Source of the DNA: a virus
Lineage: Duplodnaviria; Caudoviricetes
Reading direction: 5' to 3' (one strand)
Virus record (IMG/VR): IMGVR_UViG_3300008266_000656
Span: 1-34,848 of that record
DNA: 34,848 nt
Under the pieces are notes generated by a model. It had not been told where the DNA came from. It did not search any database and saw nothing but the letters and a program-made list of their open reading frames with translations. Each line of letters starts with the position of its first letter. Within the stretch, counting starts at the first letter, position 1. The position numbers were made by a program, and so were the translations under genes. This document shows, piece by piece, positions 1 to 10,000 of this stretch.

Positions 1-1
1 A

Positions 2-127
2 AGCACAATCAAAGAATCATTAGGATTTGCTTCTAAAGCTGCTGGTGTAGCCCCTAAAAAACAAATCGTTGAAGTAAACGATACTGTTGCTAGATGGCAA
101 ATGTTAGCAGGTATCAATAAATTTTAA
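2..127 (+). CDS. C-terminal fragment of probable prohead scaffold/core protein (gp22-like position), truncated by window edge
   Basis: Open frame STIKESLGFASK...VARWQMLAGINKF* directly upstream of the major capsid gene. It ends in an RxxxLAGI motif seen in head scaffold/internal proteins of large phages. Confidence 0.65.
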   Translation, partial: STIKESLGFASKAAGVAPKKQIVEVNDTVARWQMLAGINKF

Positions 128-160
128 TTTAACAAAAACCCAATTTTAAATCGTTTAAAA

Positions 161-1771
161 ATGAACGTACAACAATTACTCGAATCATCTAACCAATACA
201 AAGTTGTAATGGAAGATGCAAAACGTTTGTCTACGAAGTGGGCTAAATCCGGTCTTTTAGAAGGAATTAGTAACACTACTGACAAAAACACAATGGCAAT
301 TCTCCTTGAGAACCAAGCCAAGCAATTAGTAACCGAAGCCAATGTAACTGGTGGAACTACCTCTATGAATGGTGCTGGTTATAACAGTGAAAACTGGGCT
401 GGTGTTGCTTTACCTTTAGTTCGCCGCGTATTTGGTGAAATCGCAGCTAAAGAATTCGTTAGTGTACAACCAATGAACTTACCTTCTGGTCTTGTATTCT
501 ATCTTGACTTCAAATATGCTAATGCTATTAGACCATTTAAAGCTGGTGATTCTCTCTACAGTGCTAATCCAAACACAAATGTAACTGATTTCGCTAGCAC
601 TGCTTCTTTATATGGTGCTGGTCGTTTTGGTTATTCTATTAACCAATACACTGCTTCCGTTACTAATGCAGGAACTGGATCTGCTACTTGGGCTGATTTT
701 AACTTTGATTCTAACTATTCTGCTTCTGCAGCTTCTAGTCAGTACAAAAAAGTTTTAGTTCCATTACCTTCTAACTATGATGTGAATGGTGTTCGTGCTT
801 TTGTATTTACTTCCGCTTCAACTATTGCTGCTACTGATGTATTACAAGCATTTACTACTGTAACTAATAATACAGCTTCTTTCATTGTTACTGGTTCATT
901 AATTGCCGCTAATATGTCTCCAACCGCTGCTACTGTAACATTATTCTATGATGTTCAGCCAGCTCCAGACGCTCGTGGTGATTTCGAAGATGGTAAGTCT
1001 AAAACAAATGCTCCTACCACTATCGATATTCCTTCTATCGACGTTCAGTTGAAATCTGAAGCTATCGTTGCTAAAACTCGCAAGTTAAAAGCACAATGGA
1101 CTCCAGAATTCGCTCAGGACTTGAATGCTTATCATTCAATTGATGCTGAAGCTGAATTAACTGGTATCCTTTCTCAATACATTTCTATGGAAATCGATCT
1201 CGAAATCCTTGATATGTTAATCCAGAATGCTTACACTGTTGATTATTGGAGTGCTGTTAACAACCAATCTATCTCTTCTGCTGGTCAATCTGCTACTAGC
1301 TTAGGTTACTACAACACCCAAGGTGGTTGGTTCCAAACTTTAGGTACTAAATTACAGAAAGTTTCTAACACAATCCATCAGTTAACTTTACGTGGTGGTG
1401 CTAACTTCCTCGTATGTTCTCCTTCTGTTGCAACTATCCTTGAATCTATTCCTGGATTTGCTTCTGATGGTGATGGCGAGAAAATGGAATTCAACTTCGG
1501 TATCCAGAAAGTTGGTTCTTTGAATAGCCGCTACAAAGTATACAAGAACCCATACATGACTGAGAACGTAATCCTTATGGGTTACAAAGGTGCTCAGTTC
1601 CTTGAGTGCGGTGCTGTATTCGCTCCATATGTTCCATTGATCATGACTCCACTTCTTTACGATCCTAACACCTTCACTCCTAGAAAAGGTTTGATGACTC
1701 GTTACGCGAAGAAGATGATCCGTCCTGACTACTATGGTAAGGTATATGTTGCTGGTTTGAATACCCTCTAA
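161..1771 (+). CDS. gp23: Major capsid protein, T4 gp23-like
   Basis: Motifs LPLVRRVF, VSVQPMNLPSGLVFYLD, AKTRKLKAQWTPEFAQDLNAYHSIDAEAEL, FAPYVPL and DPNTFTPRKGLMTRY are typical of the gp23 family. Confidence 0.95.
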   Translation: MNVQQLLESSNQYKVVMEDAKRLSTKWAKSGLLEGISNTTDKNTMAILLENQAKQLVTEANVTGGTTSMNGAGYNSENWAGVALPLVRRVFGEIAAKEFVSVQPMNLPSGLVFYLDFKYANAIRPFKAGDSLYSANPNTNVTDFASTASLYGAGRFGYSINQYTASVTNAGTGSATWADFNFDSNYSASAASSQYKKVLVPLPSNYDVNGVRAFVFTSASTIAATDVLQAFTTVTNNTASFIVTGSLIAANMSPTAATVTLFYDVQPAPDARGDFEDGKSKTNAPTTIDIPSIDVQLKSEAIVAKTRKLKAQWTPEFAQDLNAYHSIDAEAELTGILSQYISMEIDLEILDMLIQNAYTVDYWSAVNNQSISSAGQSATSLGYYNTQGGWFQTLGTKLQKVSNTIHQLTLRGGANFLVCSPSVATILESIPGFASDGDGEKMEFNFGIQKVGSLNSRYKVYKNPYMTENVILMGYKGAQFLECGAVFAPYVPLIMTPLLYDPNTFTPRKGLMTRYAKKMIRPDYYGKVYVAGLNTL

Positions 1772-1784
1772 TCCAACATATAAT

Positions 1785-1838
1785 CTAACCCCGTAAGGTT
1801 AGTAAAAGAACCCGAGCGCAAGCTCGGGTTTCTTTTTT
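1785..1838 (+). terminator. Rho-independent terminator after the capsid gene, preceded by a second small hairpin
   Basis: Stem AACCCGAGC (1809-1817), GCAA loop, GCTCGGGTT (1822-1830), then TCTTTTTT. An upstream hairpin CTAACC..GTAA..GGTTAG spans 1785-1802. Confidence 0.85.
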
Positions 1839-1860
1839 ATATTTATAGCAAACGTGTTGC

Positions 1861-2532
1861 ATGACTGAAAACCTTCCCAAAAAGAAGAGCTTCAAAAATC
1901 CGATTAAATTTGCGGTTACTCTCAACGAAGAGCAGAAAGAAGCTAAAGCAATTGTTCTCCAAAACAAAATTACAGTATTAAAAGGCAGTGCAGGTAGTGG
2001 TAAATCAATGTTAGCAGCACAGGTTGCTCTTGATTTATTATTTCGCCATGAAGTAGAGAAAGTAATACTTACTCGCCCTGCTGTAACATCAGGAGAAGAA
2101 ATTGGCTACCTACCAGGTGATAAAGATGCCAAATTAGCCCCCTACACAGCAGCCATTTATGACAACATGTATCGATTATATAATAAAGAAAAAATCGATA
2201 AAGAAATAATGGAGGGACATATTGAAGTTATTCCATTAGCGTTCATGCGTGGTCGTAACCTAACTAATTGCGCCGTAGTAGTTGATGAGGGTCAAAATAT
2301 CACCCACAGACAAATGGAACTACTATTAGGAAGAATATGTGAAGGTAGTAAAATGATCATATGTGGTGATACCGCGCAGATTGACTTGAAAGACAAGAAA
2401 ATGAGCGGTTTTAATTTTATATGCAATAATTTAACTAATGTTTCTGGCTTTGGAGTAGTAACACTTAAAACAAATCACCGCGATCCAATCGTGGAGGATA
2501 TATTAAAGGTATACGGCGATCATCGAGATTAA
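1861..2532 (+). CDS. phoH: PhoH-like ATPase
   Basis: Walker A GSAGSGKS, LTRPAV, GYLPGD, PLAFMRGR, DEGQN, GDTAQIDL and HRDPIV are PhoH family motifs. Confidence 0.93.
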   Translation: MTENLPKKKSFKNPIKFAVTLNEEQKEAKAIVLQNKITVLKGSAGSGKSMLAAQVALDLLFRHEVEKVILTRPAVTSGEEIGYLPGDKDAKLAPYTAAIYDNMYRLYNKEKIDKEIMEGHIEVIPLAFMRGRNLTNCAVVVDEGQNITHRQMELLLGRICEGSKMIICGDTAQIDLKDKKMSGFNFICNNLTNVSGFGVVTLKTNHRDPIVEDILKVYGDHRD

Positions 2533-2565
2533 GTATATTTATACGTGTTAAATACTACTTAAATA

Positions 2566-4188
2566 ATGGGCGCTAAAGCAATCAATCTAAAAAGACTGTG
2601 GGATGAATATTACGGTGATACATCGTATTTAAATCCTGTCAAATGTAATACACCATTTGAATATTACGACAACGATCCTGAATTCGTTCGTGATGCTAAA
2701 AGTTGTGCTCGTTTTGTTGCACAACGTTTAGGTGCAGGTGGTTTAAGTAATACACAACTTAATATTTCTGACCTAACTGTGTATGCTGCTTTTGAAGAAG
2801 CAGTTACTACTTACGGCAATTTAGTTTATCAATATAAAATCAGAGATCAATATCTTAACATTGAAGGATCTCCATCAGCTCAGTTTAATAATGCTACAGT
2901 TACTTATGTCAACAGCATAGATATAAACTCCCCAGTGTTCTGGTCGTTACCTGGAATAGCAACCCAAGCTGATATTGAATATAATACAACCTTCTCCCAG
3001 CTAGTTGATGATGGAGACATGTATGTAATTTCAGCTTCAGTTTCTGACTTTATATTACTTAACCAAGACTATATAAAATCAGTTACCTTTGCTACTGAAT
3101 ATCATGATCTTGTTTCAGGAAATACAATTGATTTAAGTGCTTTTGTCTACAATCAATTAAATAGATTAGGTGGTCCTAGAGTAAATGGGGTGATTACCCC
3201 TGGGGAAGAATATGTGTATATCTTTGTTTCAGATTATAATATAGCTGGTGGATCTCCTATATTTGGAGGTAATACTATTCCAACAATTTATATTCAAGAT
3301 AGTTTAGAACCTGAATTAAATAATAAGATACTAAGTAATAATCTTGCTACATTAACTACTACTATTGCTGAAGATTATGCTTCTGAAGCAGGAGTAGGAG
3401 GACATTTTAATGTAATTAGTGGTACTTTACAAATGACAGCTGGTGTTCAAGATTACGATTTAAATACATGGGCATCAGCTTCTGCATCTTTAAACCCTGG
3501 TGATAGAATTGAAATTAGAAGAATATTTTATGAAGAACCACCTGCAATCGTTCGTTACTTTGACCCATATGCAGGTACAGGTACTGGTATACAATCATTA
3601 CTTGAGACTTTTGGATTTGGTCAATTTTCTCCTGGTATTAATTTCTTATTAATGCCAATTCATTTTGATGTTCAAAAAATTCAAGCAATTGAATTTAATG
3701 ACCAAATAAGAAAATCAGCTTATTCATTTAATTTAGTAAATAATAAATTAAAGATATTTCCAATTCCTACTTTTGATAAAAAATTATTTTTTGAATATGT
3801 AAAAATTAGTGATAAATTTAGTGTTATTAAGGACACTAGAAATAATGTTGTAACAGATATTATGAATGTTCCTTATCGTAATCCAATTTATTCTAAAATT
3901 AATACTGTAGGTAGAACTTGGATTTTTAAATACACCTTAGCATTATGTCGTGAAATTGAAGCACATATTCGTATTCAATTTGCAAACGTAAACGTACAAG
4001 GTGTAGGTTCACTTCAAGGATCTGAATTAGTAGCTGATTCTAGAACTGAAAAAGAAAATTTAATTACTGAATTGAAAGAAATGTTGAATGAAACATCACG
4101 TAAGGGTCAATTAGAACGTAAACAACAAGAATCTCAATTCCAACGTGATACATTACAACAAATTCCTTTACCAATTTATGTTTTTTAA
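2566..4188 (+). CDS. Neck/head-tail adaptor protein (gp13-like) with probable internal insertion
   Basis: FVAQRLG...LNISD..VYAAFEEAV N-terminal pattern, WIFKYTLALCREI, and a helical C-terminus ending IPLPIYVF. Its position after the capsid gene fits a neck protein. Confidence 0.65.
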   Translation: MGAKAINLKRLWDEYYGDTSYLNPVKCNTPFEYYDNDPEFVRDAKSCARFVAQRLGAGGLSNTQLNISDLTVYAAFEEAVTTYGNLVYQYKIRDQYLNIEGSPSAQFNNATVTYVNSIDINSPVFWSLPGIATQADIEYNTTFSQLVDDGDMYVISASVSDFILLNQDYIKSVTFATEYHDLVSGNTIDLSAFVYNQLNRLGGPRVNGVITPGEEYVYIFVSDYNIAGGSPIFGGNTIPTIYIQDSLEPELNNKILSNNLATLTTTIAEDYASEAGVGGHFNVISGTLQMTAGVQDYDLNTWASASASLNPGDRIEIRRIFYEEPPAIVRYFDPYAGTGTGIQSLLETFGFGQFSPGINFLLMPIHFDVQKIQAIEFNDQIRKSAYSFNLVNNKLKIFPIPTFDKKLFFEYVKISDKFSVIKDTRNNVVTDIMNVPYRNPIYSKINTVGRTWIFKYTLALCREIEAHIRIQFANVNVQGVGSLQGSELVADSRTEKENLITELKEMLNETSRKGQLERKQQESQFQRDTLQQIPLPIYVF

Positions 4189-4799
4189 TGAAACAATTTA
4201 GAGGAATACAGAAATATCTTAACCTAGCAGATTGTGCATTAGCAGATTTTCCTGATAATGCTCCAACAGCTTCTATTCCTAAACCGGGTACCCCTTCAAC
4301 TCCACCTCAGCCTCCAGTAGGTAGTGGAGGAATAGGTGGTGGACCTAATACCTATCCTGATGAAGCAGCTGATGCTGCAATTAAGTTTTCCAATCAAAAA
4401 GTTGGATATTTTAAAATAGATTTATATAAGACTAAAGTAAATATGTATGGTGAATCAACAGAAAAGTGGTATTATCCTCCTGTTGAAGTAAGGTGTTTAA
4501 TTGATAGAGGTGAATTTGCTTATACTGACACTGAATTTGGTCCTGATATAAATCAAACTATAAAAGTTACTATATCAAAAATAGCATTAGTAGAATTAAA
4601 TTTTACTCCTGAAGTAGGTGATATAATAACAGACCAAGAAAAATATTATGAAGTATTTACTGTAGATAGATCGTTTATAACAATACCTGGAGGAACAGGA
4701 GCTGGATCTTCCCTAGGAACCCCAGGACAAATTGTATTATTTACTTTAAGTGCTCATTTAACAAGAACAAGTAAACTTAATTTAATTCAATATAGCTAA
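4188..4799 (+). CDS. Head completion/neck protein (gp14-like)
   Basis: VNMYGES.EK and FTPEVGDII...YYEV motifs. Overlaps the gp13-like gene via TAATG and has a Pro/Gly-rich N-terminal linker. Confidence 0.6.
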   Translation: MKQFRGIQKYLNLADCALADFPDNAPTASIPKPGTPSTPPQPPVGSGGIGGGPNTYPDEAADAAIKFSNQKVGYFKIDLYKTKVNMYGESTEKWYYPPVEVRCLIDRGEFAYTDTEFGPDINQTIKVTISKIALVELNFTPEVGDIITDQEKYYEVFTVDRSFITIPGGTGAGSSLGTPGQIVLFTLSAHLTRTSKLNLIQYS

Positions 4800-5140
4800 T
4801 GGGATTATTAGGTAAAATACTATTAAACGAAGGTATCACAATTTTTAGATGTGATGTGTTAATTAAAACAGCTGCTGATCAAAATAAGGTAGAAGTTTAT
4901 AATGAGATTAGAGCATTAAGTGGTGTAGTTGTTGTTACTATTGAACAAAGTGACTTTTTAGATGCTAAAGCAACTGATAAATATGAATATTCTTTACTTA
5001 AAATAAAGTATATTGGTAGAGGAGATGCAAAAACATCAATTAAAGAAATTGGTATAGATGCTGTAACTAAAAACAGAGTTCCTGGTTTATTACAATTTAT
5101 ACCTAGATATCCAACAATTATTAAAGTAGGATCATATTAA
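4799..5140 (+). CDS. Hypothetical protein (113 aa)
   Basis: Translationally coupled ORF (TAATG overlap) in the structural operon. Confidence 0.7.
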   Translation: MGLLGKILLNEGITIFRCDVLIKTAADQNKVEVYNEIRALSGVVVVTIEQSDFLDAKATDKYEYSLLKIKYIGRGDAKTSIKEIGIDAVTKNRVPGLLQFIPRYPTIIKVGSY

Positions 5141-5150
5141 TTTATATAAG

Positions 5151-5537
5151 ATGAAATTAGTAGACATTTTAAAAGAATTAGAAAAACCAAAACAAATTTA
5201 CGCTGATAAACCAACAGGTAGAGAACTTACTATTGCTGATTTAACTCCTGAAGAGCGTGATGAACTATTTAAAAAAGGATCTATCATGGTAAAAATGCCT
5301 GCTGATCCTAATCGTCCTGAAATTACTAGTGCTTCTCAGGTAATTAATTTACCTAAGATGGATCAAGTAAAGAGAGATGTAATTCAAAATAAAAGAGAAT
5401 TTGATGTATTTCTTTATTCACCAGATCCTGATATTAAAGCAATAGCAAAAGAAATAAATAATATCCATAATAAATTATTCAGAGCATTAACTGCTCTTGA
5501 TAAATTAATCGATCTTAAAAGAAGAGGTAGAGTATAA
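5151..5537 (+). CDS. Hypothetical protein (128 aa), possible internal head protein
   Basis: In-operon ORF. The N-terminus MKLVDILKE carries an I/L-x-E motif resembling T4 prohead protease cleavage sites. Confidence 0.65.
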   Translation: MKLVDILKELEKPKQIYADKPTGRELTIADLTPEERDELFKKGSIMVKMPADPNRPEITSASQVINLPKMDQVKRDVIQNKREFDVFLYSPDPDIKAIAKEINNIHNKLFRALTALDKLIDLKRRGRV

Positions 5538-6775
5538 TGAGAGATAGAAAACCAATACCAAAAAACCAAGCAGAAATAGTACAAGATACTATTAATCCTT
5601 ACCTTAACCAGGGAAAACCAGTTAGTCAAAATGTGTTCACTCACCGTGATAATAGAGCATTAAATACTACTCGTAAAACTGATAAGATAAAGGATATTGC
5701 AATTGGTTTAGAAGATATTGACTATGCTCTGATGTATTATTTTCAAAATATTATTAAACCAACAGTTATACAAGATGGAAATAGAATAGCTGTTTCTATT
5801 ATGTATGGTTCACCTGAACGTTGGCAATCTGTTCAGGCAGATGGATATTATAGAGATACTAATGGAAAGGCTGTTTTTCCTCTTATAATGTTTAAAAGAA
5901 ATAATGTTGAAAAAAACAGATCATTAGGAAATAAAATAGATGGTAATTTAGCTTCTTTATTCCAAACATTCGAAACTAAATATAATCAAAGAAACCAATA
6001 TGATCAATTTTCTGTTTTAACAAATAGAGTACCATCAAAACAATATTATGTTTCTGTAGTTCCTGATTATGTTACTATAACATATGACTGTGTTTTATTA
6101 ACAAATTATGTTGAACAAAATAATAAATTAATTGAGGCAATTGAATATGCTTCTGATTCATATTGGGGTGATGCTAATAGATGGCAGTTTAGAACATCAT
6201 TAGATACTTTTGGTGTAACAAATATTATTAATACTGGTGAAGACAGAGTATCATCTACTACTGTTAGTTTAAAAGTAAATGGATATCTAATAGCTGACTC
6301 TATTAACCAGCACTTATCAGACACTAACCTTCATTATTCCCCAGCTCAAATCAAATTTACACTTGAAACTGACAGCAGCTCAGAAATATTAACAGCAGGA
6401 GGAAAACCAGCACCAAAAACAGCTATGGGTGGAGCTTCATTTGCTGATTCTTACAATGTAAATATTAATTCTCAAATATCTATTCCTGAGGAAATATCTA
6501 ATTATTTATTAGCAAACAAAACATCATATGCTAGTGTTGTAACAACAAACACAGCAACATTTAATATATCTTTCCTTACAGCCCCCTCACCTTTACCAGC
6601 TACTGATAAAAATAGTTTTACATATTTTGTAAATGGTCAATTAGTAGACATTAATTCCGTAACTGATTTTACTGATAATGGAGACGGAACTTGCACATTA
6701 ACAATAGATACAGGTCAATTACAATATACTTTAGTTTCTACTGATCAAGTTATAGCAATAGGTAAATTCCAATAA
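5537..6775 (+). CDS. Tail terminator/sheath stabiliser (gp15-like) with C-terminal beta-rich extension
   Basis: IGLEDIDYALMYYF, IMYGSPERW, FPLIMFKR, PDYVTITY and LKVNGYL patterns, located after the neck genes. Confidence 0.6.
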   Translation: MRDRKPIPKNQAEIVQDTINPYLNQGKPVSQNVFTHRDNRALNTTRKTDKIKDIAIGLEDIDYALMYYFQNIIKPTVIQDGNRIAVSIMYGSPERWQSVQADGYYRDTNGKAVFPLIMFKRNNVEKNRSLGNKIDGNLASLFQTFETKYNQRNQYDQFSVLTNRVPSKQYYVSVVPDYVTITYDCVLLTNYVEQNNKLIEAIEYASDSYWGDANRWQFRTSLDTFGVTNIINTGEDRVSSTTVSLKVNGYLIADSINQHLSDTNLHYSPAQIKFTLETDSSSEILTAGGKPAPKTAMGGASFADSYNVNINSQISIPEEISNYLLANKTSYASVVTTNTATFNISFLTAPSPLPATDKNSFTYFVNGQLVDINSVTDFTDNGDGTCTLTIDTGQLQYTLVSTDQVIAIGKFQ

Positions 6776-6776
6776 A

Positions 6777-6992
6777 ATGGCACGATTAAGAATAGAACAA
6801 CTATTATCTAATATGACCTATGATACTGGGTCAAACCAACTTACTATTAGTGGCAGTAATAATGCCCTAATTATATCGGGTTCTGTAATTGTTACTTCAA
6901 CTTCAACTACAACTGGTTCTCTTACTATCCAAGATGTTGATACATTTGGTGACAGTGGTAGTTTCTTTACGCTAGATTTAGGCGATTATTAA
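6777..6992 (+). CDS. Small structural/fibre-associated hypothetical protein (71 aa)
   Basis: In-operon ORF with xSGS/TGS beta-type repeats like those of the downstream fibres. Confidence 0.65.
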   Translation: MARLRIEQLLSNMTYDTGSNQLTISGSNNALIISGSVIVTSTSTTTGSLTIQDVDTFGDSGSFFTLDLGDY

Positions 6993-7048
6993 TATTTATT
7001 AGTAGCTATATATATAGCTTTTCACCATTAGTATATACTAAAAATTAA

Positions 7049-10000
7049 ATGGCTAATCAATATTTAAAATTACGCCGTAGTAGCGTTCCTGGCAAAACAC
7101 CTGATACAGGTTCTCTTGATTTTGGCGAAATAGCTCTTAATACATACGACGGTCTGGCTTTTATGAAAAAGTCAGGATCTAATGGTGAAGAAATTGTTAC
7201 AATTGGCTCTACAATAGGCTCATTCTCAGGTTCATTTACTGGTTCACTTCAAGGTACAGCAAGTTGGGCAATTAATGCTTTAACTGCTTCTTATGTGTCT
7301 AATTTGCCTGTTATAGATAATTCTAGAATTGTAACAGGTAGCATTACGGCTAGTGTTGGTGTTGAATTTGATAAAGCTTTTAAAGTAGAAAACAATATCC
7401 CCGATCCTTCAGGTAATACTACTTTATTACTTATTAATCAGAGTGGTAGTGTAGCTATTAATACCGGCTCTTTTGACCCAAATAATCCAGAAACATTATT
7501 AATTATATCTCATGATGATACAACATATAATTTAATTGTTGGTAGAAGTAATACTGACAATTATTCTCAATTTAATATTAAAAATCAAAGTAGTGGATCA
7601 TTAGCTTCATCTGATATTGTTGCTACAAACGATATAGGAAATGAGGACGATTACTACGTTGATTTAGGTATTAATAGTAGTACTTATGATAATCCATTTT
7701 TTGTAGGTAGCGCTAATGATGCTTATTTATATTCAAAAGCAGATGATTTTTATATTGGTAATGCAAAAACAAGCCAAAAACTAGTTTTATTTAATGGTGG
7801 ATCTGATGCATTAACTAACGCAAAATTAGTTCTTTTAGATAATAATCAACATGAATTAACAGGTTCTATTAATATAACTGGAGATATATATACTCCATCT
7901 ATTTCCCAAAACCTTTCTCTTTCTGAATCAATAGTTGCTGTAGATACAACTACTGGATTATTCCAATATACCAATAATATATCTTCTGCTTCTTTTGCAT
8001 TAACAGCATCATCAGCAGATGATTTTACTGTTAGAGGTACTTTAACAGCACAAACAATTCATGCTCAAACAATTACATCTTCTACTGAATATGTAACCGG
8101 ATCAACTATATTTGGTTCTTTATTAACAGATACCCATCAGTTTACCGGATCAGTAGATATAACTGGTTCTTTAATTATAAATGGTACCTCTTATACTGCT
8201 GCTACTAGTGGAACTAGTGGTACAGCCGGATCAGCAGGTACAAGCGGAACTGCTGGCTCTAGTGGAACTGCCGGTTCATCTGGTTCATCTGGTACAAGTG
8301 GTTCTAGTGGTACTAGTGGTTCAAGCGGTACAGCAGGCTCTAGCGGCACTAGCGGTACCTCAGGCTCTAGTGGTACATCAGGTTCTTCAGGAACCTCAGG
8401 CTCTAGCGGCAGCTCAGGAACATCAGGTAGTTCTGGCTCCTCAGGCACATCAGGAAGTTCTGGTACATCTGGCTCATCAGGAACATCAGGTAGTTCTGGT
8501 TCCTCAGGCACTTCTGGTTCAAGTGGCACATCAGGTACAGCTGGATCAAGTGGATCTAGTGGTACTAGTGGTTCTAGTGGTACCTCAGGTTCTAGTGGCA
8601 CTAGTGGCTCTTCAGGCACCTCTGGCATTTCAGGTACATCTGGTTTAAGTGGTTCATCTGGTACTTCTGGATCTTCTGGCTCAAGTGGTACTAGTGGCAC
8701 CTCAGGGACTGGTTTTGACACAATTAATTCTCCTAGTCAAGGCAGAATACTACTATCAGATGGTACTACAAACGCGGCTACTGCTTCTTCCGCTTTAATT
8801 TATAATAATAACAACTTTAATATATCAGGAAGTACTACTATTACAGGATCATTAACTGTAACTGATACAATTACTGCTCAAACATTAGTTGTACAAACTA
8901 TTACTTCATCTGTTGAATTTATAACTGGTTCTACTCGATTTGGTAGTTTACTTTCTAATACTCATCAATTTACAGGCAGTGTTAGTATAACTGGTAGCCT
9001 ATCAGTTAAAGACCTATCATTAAATAATTTAGCTACATTTGTTGTTGTTGACCAAACAACAGGACAATTATATTATAATACAGCAGGAGCTGCTGGATCC
9101 TCAGGCACAAGCGGTACAACAGGTACTAGTGGAACTTCAGGTACTTCTGGTGAAAATGGAACTAATGGTACCTCTGGAACAAGTGGCACAAGTGGTATCA
9201 ATGGTTCCTCAGGCACAAGCGGTACTGCAGGCACCTCAGGCACAAGCGGTACTGGATTTAATACCATCAATAATCCTGCTCAAGGCAGAGTATTATTATC
9301 AGATGGTAGTATAAATGCAGCAACAGCATCTGCTAATTTAACCTATAGTGGAAGTGCTTTATATATAACAGGGTCTGTATACATTTCAGGATCATTAAAT
9401 TACACATCAGGATCTTTAAATAATGTAAACTATATTGATTTTAATTTAAATCCAGGAGTAGCTAGTGCAATTGGAAGATTAAAATTTGATTCTGGAGAAG
9501 GTACTTTACAACTTGGTTTAGTAGGTGGTAATGTTATTGCTAACATAGGCGAAGATTTATTCCAATATGTTTATAACAATACAGGAACTTCCCTAACAAA
9601 AGGCCAAGTTGTTTATATCTCTGGATCACAGGGTAATAGAATAGCAGTAAAACTGGCCTCAGCAGCTGCTGAACAAGGCTCAGCTAATACACTTGGTTTT
9701 GTTGCTGAAACAATAGCAGCCGGTAATGAAGGTTGGGTACAAACGGAAGGCACCTTAAGAGGATTAGATACAACTGGATTAATAGGAGGAAAACTAATAT
9801 TCCTAAGCAGCTCAGCTGGTCAATACACTCAAACTCCTCCTGTAGCACCAAATCATGGTGTAAGATTAGGATATGCCGAAAGAATAGATAATAATGTAGG
9901 TTCAATCTATATTAAGATAGATAATGGGTATGAATTAGGTGAATTACATGATGTGGTAGATAGTACAACTACTTCTTCATATGGTGATTTATTTATTAAG

